From Malacoraja senta (taxonomy: Eukaryota), in assembly GCA_038087875.1 (NCBI GenBank), contig CM075998.1, positions 3,350,001 through 3,414,000 of the forward strand: a stretch of DNA of 64,000 bases, read 5' to 3'. The translations under genes and the position numbers were made by a program. Positions 23,701-38,700 of this stretch are shown in pieces (position 1 is the first letter of the stretch; each line of letters opens with the position of its first letter). Below the pieces are notes generated by a model, which searched no databases, was not told where the DNA came from, and was given only the letters and a program-made list of their open reading frames with translations.

Positions 23701-26700
23701 TGTGCTGAAGCAAAGCAAGAATTTCATTGTCCTATCAGGGACACATGACAATAAACTCACTTGAACTTGAGACTTAGTCTGGAAAATCTGCAGTGCCTGC
23801 ACACTTAGAAATATCCCATGCATTACTGGAGCAATTCCAGAGGCAAGCAAATTTGAGATCAAGTGTGAAATAAAGGAAGAGTCAAGCATACAATTTTACT
23901 GTCGGATACTTTTGGCAGCAAATTAAGATGAGTCAATGTGCATTTGAAATTATCTTTTTAATCCACCCACTTGGCAGATATTACCAAACCAGACTGGGAT
24001 GCATCCGGAAAAAATGCTTTCTGCGGCACATTTGTGGAAAATGGTGAGGGTTGTTGGGGACATGCTAAACTTCCGTAGTATTCCAAGTGGAGGTGTTGGT
24101 GTGCTTTCTTGGCCATAGCTTCAATGTGGCTGGTCCAGGACAAATTGCTGGTGATATTTATTTCAAGTAACTCGAAGCTTTTGAACATCTACTTCAGCAC
24201 CATCAATATATACCAGGGTACGTTTAATGCTACAATTCCAAAAAGTCAATCACCGTCTCCTTTGTCTTGCTGACATAGAGAGATTGAAGTCTTGGCACCA
24301 GATTAAAAGGTCATCAACCTCTTTTCTGAACTGTGTCACATCATTATTTGTTATCCGACCCAGCACAACGGTGTCGTCTGCAAACTTATTTGGCCGCACA
24401 GTCATGAGAGCATTGTAGGGGGGCTGAGAACGCACCCTTGCAGGGCATCAGTATCGAGAATTATCAGAGGATGATTTGTCACCCATTCTCGCTGATTGTG
24501 GTCTGTTGATCAGAGAGTCGGGGATCCACTTGCACAGGGGAGCGCTGACTGAAAGTTCCACGAATTTGGAGATGAGCTTACTTGGTTGTTCACTTCAATC
24601 AAATCTCCTCTCAACCTTGCTCCCCCCAGGAACTACACGAGTCTCTCCAGTCTAACCGTACAGCTGAAATCCCTCATCGGTGGAACGATTCCAGGAAATC
24701 TCTTCTGAATACTCTCACTTTCATAAATTTCCTAAAGTGTGCCGACTAGCATTGTACAATATTCTGGTTTCACCACAGCTGATTCAACAGACCAGCTTCA
24801 ATGCAACTTAATTGTTTTTGCACTCAGTCAAATGTCTGCTGTGACTACTGTCCATTCAGCCAGTCTCTCTGCCCAATCCAATTTAGTTCAAAACAGAGTG
24901 AAGTAATGGCATAGTTGTCATGTGGGTACCACCATAACTGCTGTTAAATGACAGCCTCATAATAAATTGGATAAATAACTTGCAATAGAGCAAGGCCATT
25001 CACATTACAGACAAAACCTAGTGCATCTCTTCTCATCTTTAGGAGACAAGCGATGTGAACATGTCCTCTCAAATACAGAAGAAATCAGTTTACCAACTAA
25101 CGGTTACTAAAATTGGCAGAAAATAATAAAACTGCTGAAAGATCTACTTCTAACACTACCAGTTGTCTATCACTATGGAAAACTCAGATTAAGATAGTGA
25201 CATGTCAAGTCAAGAGTGTCAGACATCACACTTGAAGACCCCCCCCCCCCATATTGGTGAACAGCACCGATATTTTGGATACAAAATTCCACGAACAAGA
25301 CGGTTGATCATGGTACAAGATAGATACTTGATCTTTGAATAGTGCCACAAGATCATTGAAGCATCCCACAAATTATTTCAACCATTAAAAGACATACTCA
25401 AATGCACACTAAAACAATGCAGAAATCCATTCTATCAGAATAAACATTAAGTGGTACCTTTTACTTCAGGAGTGCTGTAAGCATTGGAGTTTTCAATGAT
25501 ATGATTTGGATGCATGTTCTCCTGCTCCACCATTGTAAACTGGCTCCAGTATTCCACTGGCAAAGACAGCAAACGTTCAACCACCTAACAAAAAAACCAA
25601 AAAAGGATCTTTAAGAATGGTCCCGACTAGAAATGTTGTCCGTCTCTCTCATATATGCATAGAAAATAGGTGCAGGAGTAGGCCATTCGGTCCTTCGAGC
25701 CTGCACCGCCATTCAATATGATCACGGCTGATCATCCAACTCCGTATCCTATACCTGCCTTCTCTCCATACCCCCTGATCCCTTTAGCCACAAGGTCCAC
25801 ATCTAATTCCCTCTTAAATATACCCAATGAACTGGCCTCCCCCCCCCCCCCCACACACCATCAGATGCTGCCTCCAGCATTGAATTTTTTTAATATATAT
25901 TTTTTATAAAGATGCTTTTGATCAGCCAAGTTCTAAAAGAGATGCACTCACAGTGCCTGCTTGCAATCATTTTGTCAAACCTTTTGGCTTTGATTAATGA
26001 TCGTACCAATAAAATTGCTAAATTAAATTCTGGTCAAAAGATTTTACTCGAGTAATTCCATTAGCCTAGAGCAAAAAAGGCAATGTTCACAACTAATGTT
26101 TTACAAAAAGCAGCATTATTCCCAAGAATATTGCATGCGGCACTACGCACAAAGTGGCAACATTAGATGGATTTCCAACAAGACGATTCAGAATGTCATC
26201 AGCCTTGTGCCTAGAGTGTACTCTGAATTAGTGACGGCAAGATGTTGGAAAGTTAGCAGTGTAGAGAATTTCTGATTCTGTCTACTGGATGCTTTGTTCA
26301 AAAATATATTCAAAAGCACAAACAAGCATTTTACATCACTCTTCCTGAACAGGTGTTGAAAAAACACAATACGTACCTTTGGTTGTTGCTTGGTTTCCTG
26401 CAGCATTGACATGGGAGATGGATCAGGTATGGAAAACCCCACAATTGTAGGGCCAAAGACCCTGGCCAAGTTGGTTATATCCATCTTGCAGTGCGGACTG
26501 TTGGCTACTCTGGAGAAAGAAAATGGAGTTTGGATTTTCATATCAAAAGGGAACAAAAATTGGCTACTTTACAGCACTACACAGGTTTGGAGGCACTTAG
26601 CCAGTTAGGAGATACATACAACTAATTAAGATACATTTTCAGCTGACTTTTAAAAATAACTTCAATTAAAATGACTCAATAGAACTCAGGATAAAAGGCT

Positions 26701-29700
26701 CTGAATGTGCAGATAACATTTCTGACCAAAAAAAAGTTATAAATGTTTCAAACTTATTATTTCAAAGCCGTGTCCAAATCTGCACAACTATCTAAAAAAC
26801 ATTATTCAAGAAATCTGAATATACAGAAAAGATTCAATATAGATTGCATAAAATATCCAAATCTAACTGCTTGGAGAAAAAGTAACCAGAGGTTGGAGAA
26901 TTATAACAGAACAATACTGCACAATGCCTTCAGCCCACAATGTCTGTGCCGACCAGGATGCCATGCTAAACTGATTTCATCTGCTTGTACACAATCCATA
27001 TCCCCTCTATTCCTTGCACTTCCATGTGTCTATCTAAAAGTCTCTTAAACACCACCATTGAATCTGCTTCCACCACCAACCCTGGCAATGTGTTCTAAAA
27101 AAAGCTTGACCCACACATCTCCATTCAACTTTCCCTCTCACCTTATAGCTATGCCCTCAAGTGTCAGACATTTCCACCCTGGGGAAAAGGGTTAACTGTC
27201 TACCCTATCTATGCCTTGCATAATTTTATATATATTTCTATCAAGTCTCCCCTCAACCCCTGATGTTTCAGAGAAAACAATCAGAGTATCCAACCTCTCC
27301 CTGTAGCTGAAACCCTCTACTACTTTAAATCTCAACCTGTGATGGCAAGAACACCTACAAACTACACCGCCTCACAACCAGAGGTGATGGTGAAAAACGT
27401 CATGGTGCAAGGCCTCCGACACATCACTGTATTTCACCAAATTCTCACTGCTGCATTCACTCCCTACAAAGACTAAGCGGAATAGAAAAAAGGCGAGGAA
27501 AAATATTCATGGCCAAAAATGAGAATTTGGACACATCCAATCCGTATTCTGACCTACAAATGTTTTTCTCACGAGGCCAAGACAGATACTGCAAAGTTCT
27601 GGGGAAAAGGGAGTCAATGTTCTGAACAGATAGCAAGGCTGAACATACCTCTGCAGGTGATTGACCAGAAATGCCATAGTATCTCTATTGGGCTGTGGCA
27701 GCTCACTGATTGTCTGGTACATTGCTGCAATGCTGTTATCATCATCGGGGATTTCTGCAGAACGAGGCATAACATCGGTGAAATAATGAATACAACATCG
27801 ATGCCCATGGGCACAGATTAGTCAGAAATGCTGAACTCTTACTGGAGAAGTGAATTACATATGCTTCTCCCAAGACAGAACACATGCAGTTTCAGTCTAT
27901 ATTGCATAGTTTCATCCCATCACCTCTTCAAAAGAACAGAACTATTGATGCATCACATCACCATCTAGGATTAAAGGATCGATTTTAGGTAGGCCAAATA
28001 AACACGTGGCTCCCCAAATAGAACGTACAAACTTGCTTTTAAAGCAGATTTGAAGATCTTTAAAGTAAATGCTTAGACAGCAAGGGAAAACCAGAAGAGA
28101 CTAAAGAAACACGACTGCTTTCCATTTAGGAATTGATACTCTATATCTTTTGTACCCAATGTTAAAAATCGCAAAATAGGATGAAAGCATGCCTTTAAAT
28201 CAATTAAATAGCAGCCTAATCTGTCTTTTTTCGAACTTGAATGCCAGCTTTACTTTAATTTGCATCACGTTTCCACGATATGCCAACCAGTCATCACTCA
28301 GTCATGCCAACTCCTCTCTGGGGTTTGATCAGAAGCATGAGCTAGACTTTGGGTAGTTTGGCAAAAGGCTGTTTCTAAAATGCAAGGAAACTACCCAACC
28401 ACAGGAGGCACCACAGCCAGTCAGAATATCAACACATACAGATGCTTCCCAGCAACATCAAGAATTTGCCTGGTTGGCTATCCCTATGCTAACCGAAAAG
28501 AGGTCAAGATTAATTGCAGTCATATTAGTTGACCGTAAGCGAGATCTGGCAGCATTCACTCAATGTCAAACCTAGGAACTTGGTTGAAAGAGAAGTTCCA
28601 TTTCTTTGAATTTACTGATGCTGTTCAATTCTCAATGATCGGCATTATAACTCAAGACCTACAAACCTGCTGCCTTCACAAATGTCGAATACAGTTTGAA
28701 AGTGACAATAGGTTCCTTCAAATTCCTTAGGAAGTCCTTCAGAAGCCCACAGATGGCATGGATGTCATCCACTTTACTGAGCAGAGGCAAATTCTTTCCT
28801 TTCAAGTACTTCTCCTTCAGTTCTTTCACGGTGCGGTCACATCCAGAGATTCTGTATAGACCAGTCTAAAGGAGACAAGAATTACTTGTACTATACATTG
28901 AAACCCAAACTTAAAATTGACTTGGAAATCTTCAACGTGGTTTTCAAAGGATACGTTGCTTTGACAAATGGCTCAATTAGCACTAACTTTTAACAGAATG
29001 CCAATAGGATCAAAATGGAGCCAGGAGCCTTGGTATCCCATAAACCCCATTGATGATACAGGTGGTAGTTTTGAAAGGTACCAATTGTTGATCATTCAAG
29101 CTACATGTCCCTTAAGATGGTAGTCCATTACAACAAACGTCCATGAGCTTGTACTTCCAGCATAATCCAATTATGCACAAGGCCCAACCAATGCAAGTGA
29201 AAATGTAATTTTTTTTATTTTTTTAAATAATATAAAATGCTCCCTGGATCAGAAGTGTTCCACCACTCAAAAAAATTGTCCATGCACTACAAATCAGAGT
29301 GGCAAGAGCCTATCAATGTTTCACCCCCATAAAGCCTGATTTTGTCAGGCTTGAAAAACTATTGCATACAAGTGCTAAGAAAATTTAATAACAGTGTATG
29401 AAAGTTCAGTTAGGAGAAATAAGGAAATATTTACAAAAAATGAATCCTACCTCAGTCAAGCCTCTCTGTTCAATTTCATTGATACAATGCACCACAATAG
29501 AAGGGATCATGGGAGAGGTTTGAGGGGTGAAGTCAGCCAACACTCCCTAGAAGCAACACAAATTCAATGAATAATATTTCAAAATAACTACCAGAACATT
29601 AGAATATAGGACATTTGAGAGTACGTCAAAGGAACTGTAAATACACACACACAAATCTTAATTGGTAAACCATGGACATCTTTTATCACAATGGACCACT

Positions 29701-32700
29701 TAAAACACCTTTAACTTTATACTGTAAATAGTTGACATCTGTGCATTTGAGAATAAGTAGGACTAAATTGGTTCTACATTTACTTATTGTACATTTTGAT
29801 TTCAAATGGAGCATTGTTGTTGAAGTTCAGATTATAAATCTTACCTCTCCAATTCTTACGGGCGTTCCTGACATGGTTGGGATGCAGGGGAGTGGACAGC
29901 GATCTCTGCACTCTGGGTGAGATACAACTCTGCAGTCACGACATTTCAAGGCCAACTTCCCAAATTTGATCCTTTTGCCACAAGGGACACATGACTCCGG
30001 TTTGATCACCTACAAAAATAAAGAAGCACGTTGGCACAGGGCACTGGATATGAAGTTTAAGATCATAGTAGCATGGTATAAATGCAAGGCCAATTTCAAC
30101 TCTATTGCTGCACTGAGGAAGATAACGCAAACTGACCATGTACACCTCCGAATGGTCTCTCTAGAGAAACATGGACAAAGGCCAGTGACAACAGAGAAAG
30201 TGTTATTTATATTGATGCTCAGGAGATTAGAAAGCAGCATTGCTCACATCCAGGAAGTTAAGTAACTTCAAGATTTGATTATAGCCTTAAATCTCACGAT
30301 ATCCTCAAATTAAAAAAAAATTGCAATTAACAGTAACAATTAACTTGAATAAAATAGAATTAGGAATACCGTTTTGGAGACAAACTCGTGGGTCCTCAAG
30401 CCACCAATAGACTGAGGTGTACTACAGTGATCATAACTGCGGGTGGTTGATGGCGTGCTCGAGGGAGTGTCTGAAATGGCATCAAGATCTTGACCCTTCA
30501 GATTTGCTGCAGGAAAGAAATTGGAAACACAAAGTCAGAGGATCTGTATTCAAAAGGAAAGCGACATGGTCCCAGTTACTCTACAGTTCCCACCACATTA
30601 TCACTGTAAGCAGTAGCACAGCAACTTTATCAGCAACCATGCAGGTCCGTGGGGAGTGCTGCCAGAGATAGATAACAGCTGAGCAAGCAAAGTAACAATT
30701 ACAAATTCATACTGGAACACAGCAAACAACTAATTAATCAGGAGAGACACTGACCTTTCTCAAGCATGACAACAACACCTCAATGGGTAGATTCAAGAGT
30801 GTGCCAAGCACAGAGCTGAATGCCCCACAATCCAAAAGTGGAAAGTCAGCTATCTTCTAACTGACTCCATTAAATTAAACAAAGCTACTGAGTGGGATGA
30901 ATTTTAAACTTACACAGCAACCTTTCCATTAAGAGACATACTTCTGCACAGATTTATGGAACGACACTTTAAAATGACCCCCAACTAAAAAAAATCAGTT
31001 GCTAAAACTAATTAAATGGGCTTCTCCAACAATTCAACTGATTAAAAACATGACTAGCCGAGTGAGAGATAGCAAAAGCACCCAAGTCTAACAATTGGCC
31101 TGTGAAGAGCTTTCATTAGGACAAAGCAATGTTTGGAATATCTAAAGCACACACATATCACCAAGTCCACAACCATGACTTCCAACTGAAAGGGCATGCA
31201 GATGTCAGGAGAATTGGGCTGAAACAAAGCTTTCATGCTTCAGTCGCTGCTTTGCACCAGCCAGAGTCACCCTGAAAAGAAGAGGCAACTTGGCTGAAGC
31301 TCCATGAGCCATAATGTGGCAGTTTGTTTTGGGGGTGGTAGAACAGGGTCAATAGCTATGGTGGGACAGGAGAAAAGACCAAGACACTGTTATAGAAATC
31401 CCCCACCTTATCTAATACCCAGCTCTGAGAATACCCATGACAAACACACCTATGAAACACTTAAATCTCAAGGCAAACCCCACTGCTGATAGATAAACCC
31501 TTACAACCAATTGTTATCAGGACACCGCCTTCCAAAACCACAAGCATTTTGTCAGTGGGATTTACCTGTTCGCCGTCTACTTCTTGTCCAGTACGGCACA
31601 GTCTCGATTGTGGAAACTGCTTCAATTGGTCCGCCATTATTAGGCAATGTCAGAGTCGTTTTAGCCACAATGGAGTCATTTCCCTGAAAAGATCAAGACA
31701 ATTGTCATATTGACATTTTTACCTAGAAAATGTTATCTTTCTTTATTCCCAGTCCTCCCCTCCCCATCCACATAACAGGAAATTGAATTTTTTTTTTTCC
31801 CCTGTAAACTTTTGGGATTCGCTCCTCTTCTAACAGTGTCTCAGGAACTTGAGTGAGATTTAGTTTCAGTCAAGTGGCAGACCAAAAAGCTTGTCAGATC
31901 AGTCAAGGTTCAAATTTACTGCTTGTTAGCTTGAAACGGAAATAGCTAAGTTCTGACTGGTATGCAGGTACGTAAATGTCTTTATTGACATTGCAGCTCC
32001 AAGATGACATATTCTTGGGGGGGGGGGAGAAGAAAGAGATATTATTGCAGCCGGTTGAATACATTTGTTCTTTCAAAGAGTTGTTTCATTGGCTAAAACC
32101 AAACTGCAAAAGCGATTTTACAGTTAAAGTGAGTAATATAATTGCCACTTTGTAAAAAAAAAAGAAAAGATTTTCACAAACAAGATGGCTTGGTTGGAGT
32201 TCAAAGCAGTGCAATGTTCAGACAAAAATTCTTTGGAACTGACTTAGGCACTGACTAGCAATTTCTCAACGACAAATTAAAGAACCTCCAGTGCAGCAAT
32301 TTCTGGATTCTGGAACCTTTTTATCTAGACTGCTCAAGCTCAAGGTGACCTGCTGTTTTACCCATGGACCAAAGAGATTTCTGATGGCCAATCCAAATAA
32401 AAATGAGCAACCATTGACCAGTCAGAAATGAAACCACTCCAGTTTCAGGAGAATTGAACATGATTTATTCAGCAAAACTAATATCATAGATAATTAACAC
32501 TCTGAAGCGGTTATAGCTACATTTAATTTGGTCAATCACAAAATTTAGAAGTGATGCTCTATCCATGAAATTCGAGATTTTTGGATAAAAGATAGAAACC
32601 TGTATACCACTTTAAATTAACACAATTGAACCAGCAAAATGGTTCAGTTCTGGTTAGCACTTGCATGCAGAGACCACACCCATCATTAATAACTGAATTA

Positions 32701-35700
32701 ATTCAGCTGTATCTAAATGCAATTGCAAAATGTCTGGACAAGAACCTGAGAATCTCAAATAAATGAGATCTCCATATCAAGCTTTTCTATTACTGACAAG
32801 TCAAGTTTAGTTTAGAGATACAGTGTGGAAACAGGCACGTTGCCCTGTACACTAATAGTGTACCAGCAATCGCCCTACCCTATACACGAGGGACAATGTA
32901 CAGAAGCCAATCAACCTACAACCCTGCACGTCTTCGAAATTTGGGAGGAAAGTGGAGCACCCGGATGAACACCCACATAGGGAGAATGTACAAACTCCTT
33001 ACAGGCAGCACCCGCAGACAGGATTGAACCCGGGCCTCTGGTGGTTTAAGGCAGCATCTCTACAGCTGTGCCATTCCAAGGATAGAAGCAGACATTCTCT
33101 TTCCCCCCCCCCCCCCCACCAGAACAAAAATCAAGTAGTTGCACAACTTATATTGGTGCAGACAATTACACCATGTGGTGTTGGTTACTAACGCCCACCT
33201 TTTCAGTTGACCGTGACCGTTTAGCTGGTGCAGGCTGCACATCAACAAGAACTCTGGAAGAACGCTGGAAAGAAATACAAAGTTTCTTTATACATGGACA
33301 CAATTGATTGATTAACCAGCAAATAATCTGGTACACTGCAACACTCTACATAGCATAATACATTTAAGCCTCTTTATACAAATTAAAATGTCATTGTTTT
33401 TGACAGCCAAGTAGATAGTTTTTAATCTAGATGTAAACAAATTGCCTCAATTTACAGAATTAACCAGAAATCCTTTATTGAAGGGGAAAAGAGTTTATAC
33501 CAAAATATTATCATACAATGAAGAGAAAACACAAGGATTAAATGAAAATAATTTTTCTTTTGGTTTAACAGGACAGATAACATGACCCTATACAGCCCTA
33601 AACAGGAGCTTCACAAGCTTGATTTTATACAAATGTTTACAATACATATTTCCAAAGAAACAGCAACTGCATTATTTGCCATGGGAAACCTAATTTATTT
33701 GAAAGAAGTAACTCCCTCAGACTGAAGGAATGCACATGGGGACTTAGCTTCTAAAATTTAATCAGACTGACTTTTACTTCCATTGATGCACTCCTCTTGT
33801 TTATGGACTACAACAAATCCTACCGATTGTACAAAGGTACGCAGAGCTGAACCATAACTTGAAGAGCGAAGGTATGGAACTTACTCTTTTCTCCCTTTTC
33901 TTTAACTTGACAGTCTTAACAATGGAGGAATCCCAGTCCTGCATTAAAAAAAGACAATTTATTCTCACAACAGTCAACGCAAAACAAATTGATGAAACGT
34001 TCACTTATGCTTTAAATTCAAATCCAAACGTCAAACTTGCGTTTTAGTAAAATCGCAAATTTCGAAAATCACCATCAGTGATACCTGACCCAGCATTAGA
34101 GCACCAGAACAGTGTTCCCACAAAGTCAAGTTGAAGTGTGACCCAATTATTTAAGGCAATTATATCCTCTAACTATATGCTATCATGATCCATAACTTAA
34201 TCTATTAACCAGTCGATAATGGTTCAGGGAACTAACAATGGATTGTTCTGATTTCTTCCTCTTGCTGGAGAGTGACAAGCATGAGCTTGCTGCCTACTTA
34301 TGTTGGAAAATAACTCAATGTGAAAATGCAAACAAACTCCATATTCTGCCAGTCTGCAGCACATTGGAGCTGACATGCAGTGTCATTCTAATGACAGTAC
34401 AATCCAACACACAGCAGAGAACTGGGTCACTCTACTACCCTTTATTGGACCTAATCAAAGCTCTCAATCATTTACTCATCTTGATTCAAGATTTAAATTT
34501 AAAGCAATTAGCTGCAATCAATTTTAATAAGCCCATGATGCATGGAATATCAAAAACTAAAGTTTAGACGTTAGTTGTAAAAGTATTTCCTCATTGCACA
34601 AATAATCATAAAATGAATAAGCTGCCCTTTACAACAGTGCTTCCAAGGAACAAGTCAGCAGTTTACTTAAAAAAAATTAATAATAATAATAATTGCAGAA
34701 ATTACCTATAATTGAGCCGGCCAAAATTCTGATCACTTCTGGCAGCTTATTGCATACACTGGCAATTTGTTTTGAATAATTCAACAATTCATAATTTTGC
34801 AATGCAAATAAGAACTGAACCACACAACACCAAATCACTTCAGATTCACAAGCAATGCCAGATATTTCACAATAAAGTCTCACAAACATAGCTTCAAGAT
34901 GATTATAAAAGGGATTACCAAGGAGTCATCAGTCTTGTCGTAGCTAATGTCAGAGTGAAATGATCCAGACTCATCAATTGTAGACAATCTAATAAAAATA
35001 GGAAAAATATATAGTGACCGTCAATACCCAAAACATTTGAATTCAATTCTACACTGGAAAATATTTGAAACCGCACATTCCCACTCCCCAGAGTACTTCA
35101 AACACCACCATTTAACCCCAAATAAAACCATTAAAGACAAAGCAGGTAGACTTTGGTCTCCCACTGGGCTCAAAATAAATGTCGATGCTTTAACCATACT
35201 AAAAGATCTTTTATTTGCGCCTTCACCCAAGTCAAGGAATCTTTAAGATTGAATACGTTAATTGTAAGAGGATGTGCCAACTCATAGCGAGGGCCAAAGT
35301 TATGCCAAAAGACAAAGTAAAGTATCATGTCTTTCAAGAAGAACACTTCAGATGTAGTCACAGTTGCTTTGCAGATAATTGCGGCAGTTAATTTGCGCTC
35401 AGCAAAGTCTCAAACTTTGAATGTATAATCAGTTAATTTATTCTGGCGACATGGGAATATTGTTTTGATCAAGTCTTCCTGCCAAACAAAGCCAAGGAAT
35501 ATTCAATATCCAATGCAGGAGGCAATAACCTTCAGTGCAAGATTGCACCTTGAGCAATGCAGCATTCCCTCGGCATTGTATCAGCCTAGATAATAGATTC
35601 AAGATCAGGAAAGGGGATTGAACCGATGTACACACTCAGAGGCATGTATTATGGACACTAATGAACAAAATCAACACCAACTCTGTATTGCTAGAGTCTC

Positions 35701-38700
35701 ATCTAGAACACCAATTAGACTAGGAACCATTCATAAGCGGCCACAGTGGCACAGCAGTAGAGTTGATGCCTTACAGTAACCGGGTTCGATCCTGACTACG
35801 GGTGCTGTCTGTACGGAGTTTGTACGTTCTCCCCGTGACCTGCGTGGGTTTTCTCCGAGATCTTCGGTTTCCTCCCACACTCCAAAGACGTACAGATATG
35901 CCGGTTAATTGGCTTGTAGGTGTACGTGCAAATTGTCCCTAGTGTGTGTAGGATAGTGTTATTTTGCGGTCGGTGCAGACTCGGTGGGCTGAATGGCCTG
36001 TTTCCACGCTGTATCTCTAAATTAAGCAAAAAAAATTACTTGCACAAATACCTAATTGCGCAATAATGGCTTTGCTATGGATGTTCAAGTATTTTTGAGA
36101 GGATTTCCTGCTTTACATTAAAAACCTTTTAGACTAGGGCAACTTGACAAATCCTGAACACTCAAAATGAACTCAGTGCTCCATGGCAACAATTAAGAAA
36201 GCAAAACCTGAAGGAAGACGTCAGCAGAAGAAAAGGGAAAATAGGTTTGAGTATGCCTTTCAAAACAAAACTCAAGTAAATGGTTTTCGTTGCTGATATT
36301 AAGACGTCAACACAAAGTATGACCCTTGCCAGGGCTATTGTGACTAGTGCAACTGCAACAAGGATCTGAATGCACCCTTAGTGGTTCTATTTGCCAAAGA
36401 GACAAAACTACAAAACTAAGCAGGAGCACTGCTGTGAATAATTGATCTCAAATCCACACAAGCTGGGAAATCCACACAGCTTCCTGGGGGTGGACCGCTT
36501 GAAAACATGACTAGATTTAAATGGTGCCTACAGCTATTTCAACTGTGGGGGAGGTAGGGCGCTCTTTACAACTTCAATTACTTGAGCAGTCAAAGGAAAA
36601 GGGTGTGGTCATTGGGTGGCATCCATTACTTCAGGAAACATGGTATCCCTTTTACAGAAAGTTTATATACACATCAATAATTTCCCCAATTCTAGTTTAC
36701 CCTAAAACCAACAGTAAAAACAATTGTTGGCGATTTTAAAAGTACTACCGTCTGTTGGATGCATATCCATTAGAATTTGAGAATTTGGGGTTGAGAAAAG
36801 CAAGAGCAGACTTCTGTTCTTCATTTAACTGAATGCTGGTCGAGCCTTCTGTTATGAGGAGCTCTCGGATTAGCTGAATCTGTCGTTCCTTAAATGAAAG
36901 AAAGCAATTACTACAAATAGAAGAGAACCGCTGGCTCATTAAATCAAAGTTTAATGTGGTCACAGCTTATGATTATTCTCTCCATGCACACAGGCCGTGT
37001 GAGGGCGACACTGCACTTGGCTACAATAGTAAAACTATCTGCCATTGCTTACACCATTTAAGCTTGTGCATGAAGAATAATCATAGGGGCAAGATACCAG
37101 TTTACTCCAAGATTTCTGCTATGGAAAAACAATAATTCTGCTATGGGAAAAAAATAAAAATAAAACTACATCACATGAGGAAGCCAAAAAAGCAAAAAGT
37201 CTTGTGTGACATTCATTTACCCAGTGCTGGCAAATAAATATTAGTGAAGCAGGAGACTAAGTGAGGAGAAAAATACTTTCAAATGACTACCAGGGTTTTT
37301 ATTTTTGAGTTTATTTTTTAAACTGTAAAAGGATTTTAAACAAAAACCTCATGCACAGGAAACAAGGTCAGCATTTGATGTCCACCCATAATTGCTCTTG
37401 GACTTTGAAATTCTTTCAATAAAAATAAACAATGTTCCGTTTCAGGACATTTAACAATAAAACACTCTTGACTGACGATAATATTGTAACCTCAATTCAT
37501 AATGGCAAAACAAGGCGTGCAGGCAGATCACAATACCAGGTCCTAAACCAGCACCAAGCAAGAAAAAATGTCCAATGTTTCAAGCAGCAAACCAAGGTGC
37601 AGTGAATGAGATCAGGATAATCCTACATAGAGTCATATGGCACAGAAACCCTTCGGCCATGAACCGCTTCTCTACCCCCAAATCACGTTTTGTTTTATTA
37701 ACGCAAAGGCTTCTTCCCACAGTGCAAACCTCATCAACGCTGGAGTGCCCACCTCCTCATCTGGGACTCAAAGGCAAGCTTCAATCAAGACATTTGCACT
37801 TCAGTGCCCCTTTGGTGACATTCTGTTTAGAATATCCACCAGAGCCACATAACACAAATGCATATCTCAGAAGCAACATGCTGGCAAAGCACAATATCTA
37901 TATTAACTCTTCTTCAGAATTGAAGGATCAACCGCATAGTTTATGAGGTGGCATGGTTTGTAGTACATTAGAATCATGACATTGAATAAAAAGCAAGGCT
38001 TACTTTAAATTGATGTTCAGGTGGCACCTGAGCACTGGCATCATATCAGTGACTGTTACTCCTGAAGAGGTCACCACTTTTTTTTTTAATGCATTGCTCC
38101 AAGGTGACACCTTTTTCAGAAGCCGGACAGATGTTGCAAAATTACTTCCATCTAGAACCACTAGGCACACAGTGGAACCCCTCTACAGCAGAGGAACACC
38201 ATAGCTGTCTTGGGCAAATAGCTCTAATAACGTAAGGTTACTGGGTCATAGGGCTTGACGCACGGAGCCGCTCAATCCATCTGGAGGACATACATTTTTT
38301 CGCTGTAAAAAATTGTGGAAGTCGGGGTAAGTGTGAGAAACATGTACCCAACTTCAGAATTTCAAAAGTGAAGCGAAATGAAGGTAAAGAGAAGCGACAG
38401 CTGAAGGGACAACAGCAGCTAAAGTGCTTGGCGAACATTGGCCGTGCAGATATCGGAATTGAAAATATTGTGAATTATTGCGTTTGCTCACTGCATTTCA
38501 TTAACGGTAAGGCATTATTTGTTTTTTTTCTTGATTCCTTTGGTATCTAAAAAGTCTCAGAAGTGATAAATCTGGTTGTAAATTTTGCTTCAGAGGCGTT
38601 TTAGTTTTGTATGTAAAAACCCACTTGAGAACCATGGGCGATTTTAAAATTTTACAGCCAGATTTATCCCTTCTGAAACTTTTTAGATGCCAAAGGGATC

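Noticed and set aside
35739..35800. tRNA genes suggested by A/B boxes (also near 9650, 21960, 50935)
   Set aside because: These are SINE heads followed by V-domain and LINE tail; no full cloverleaf
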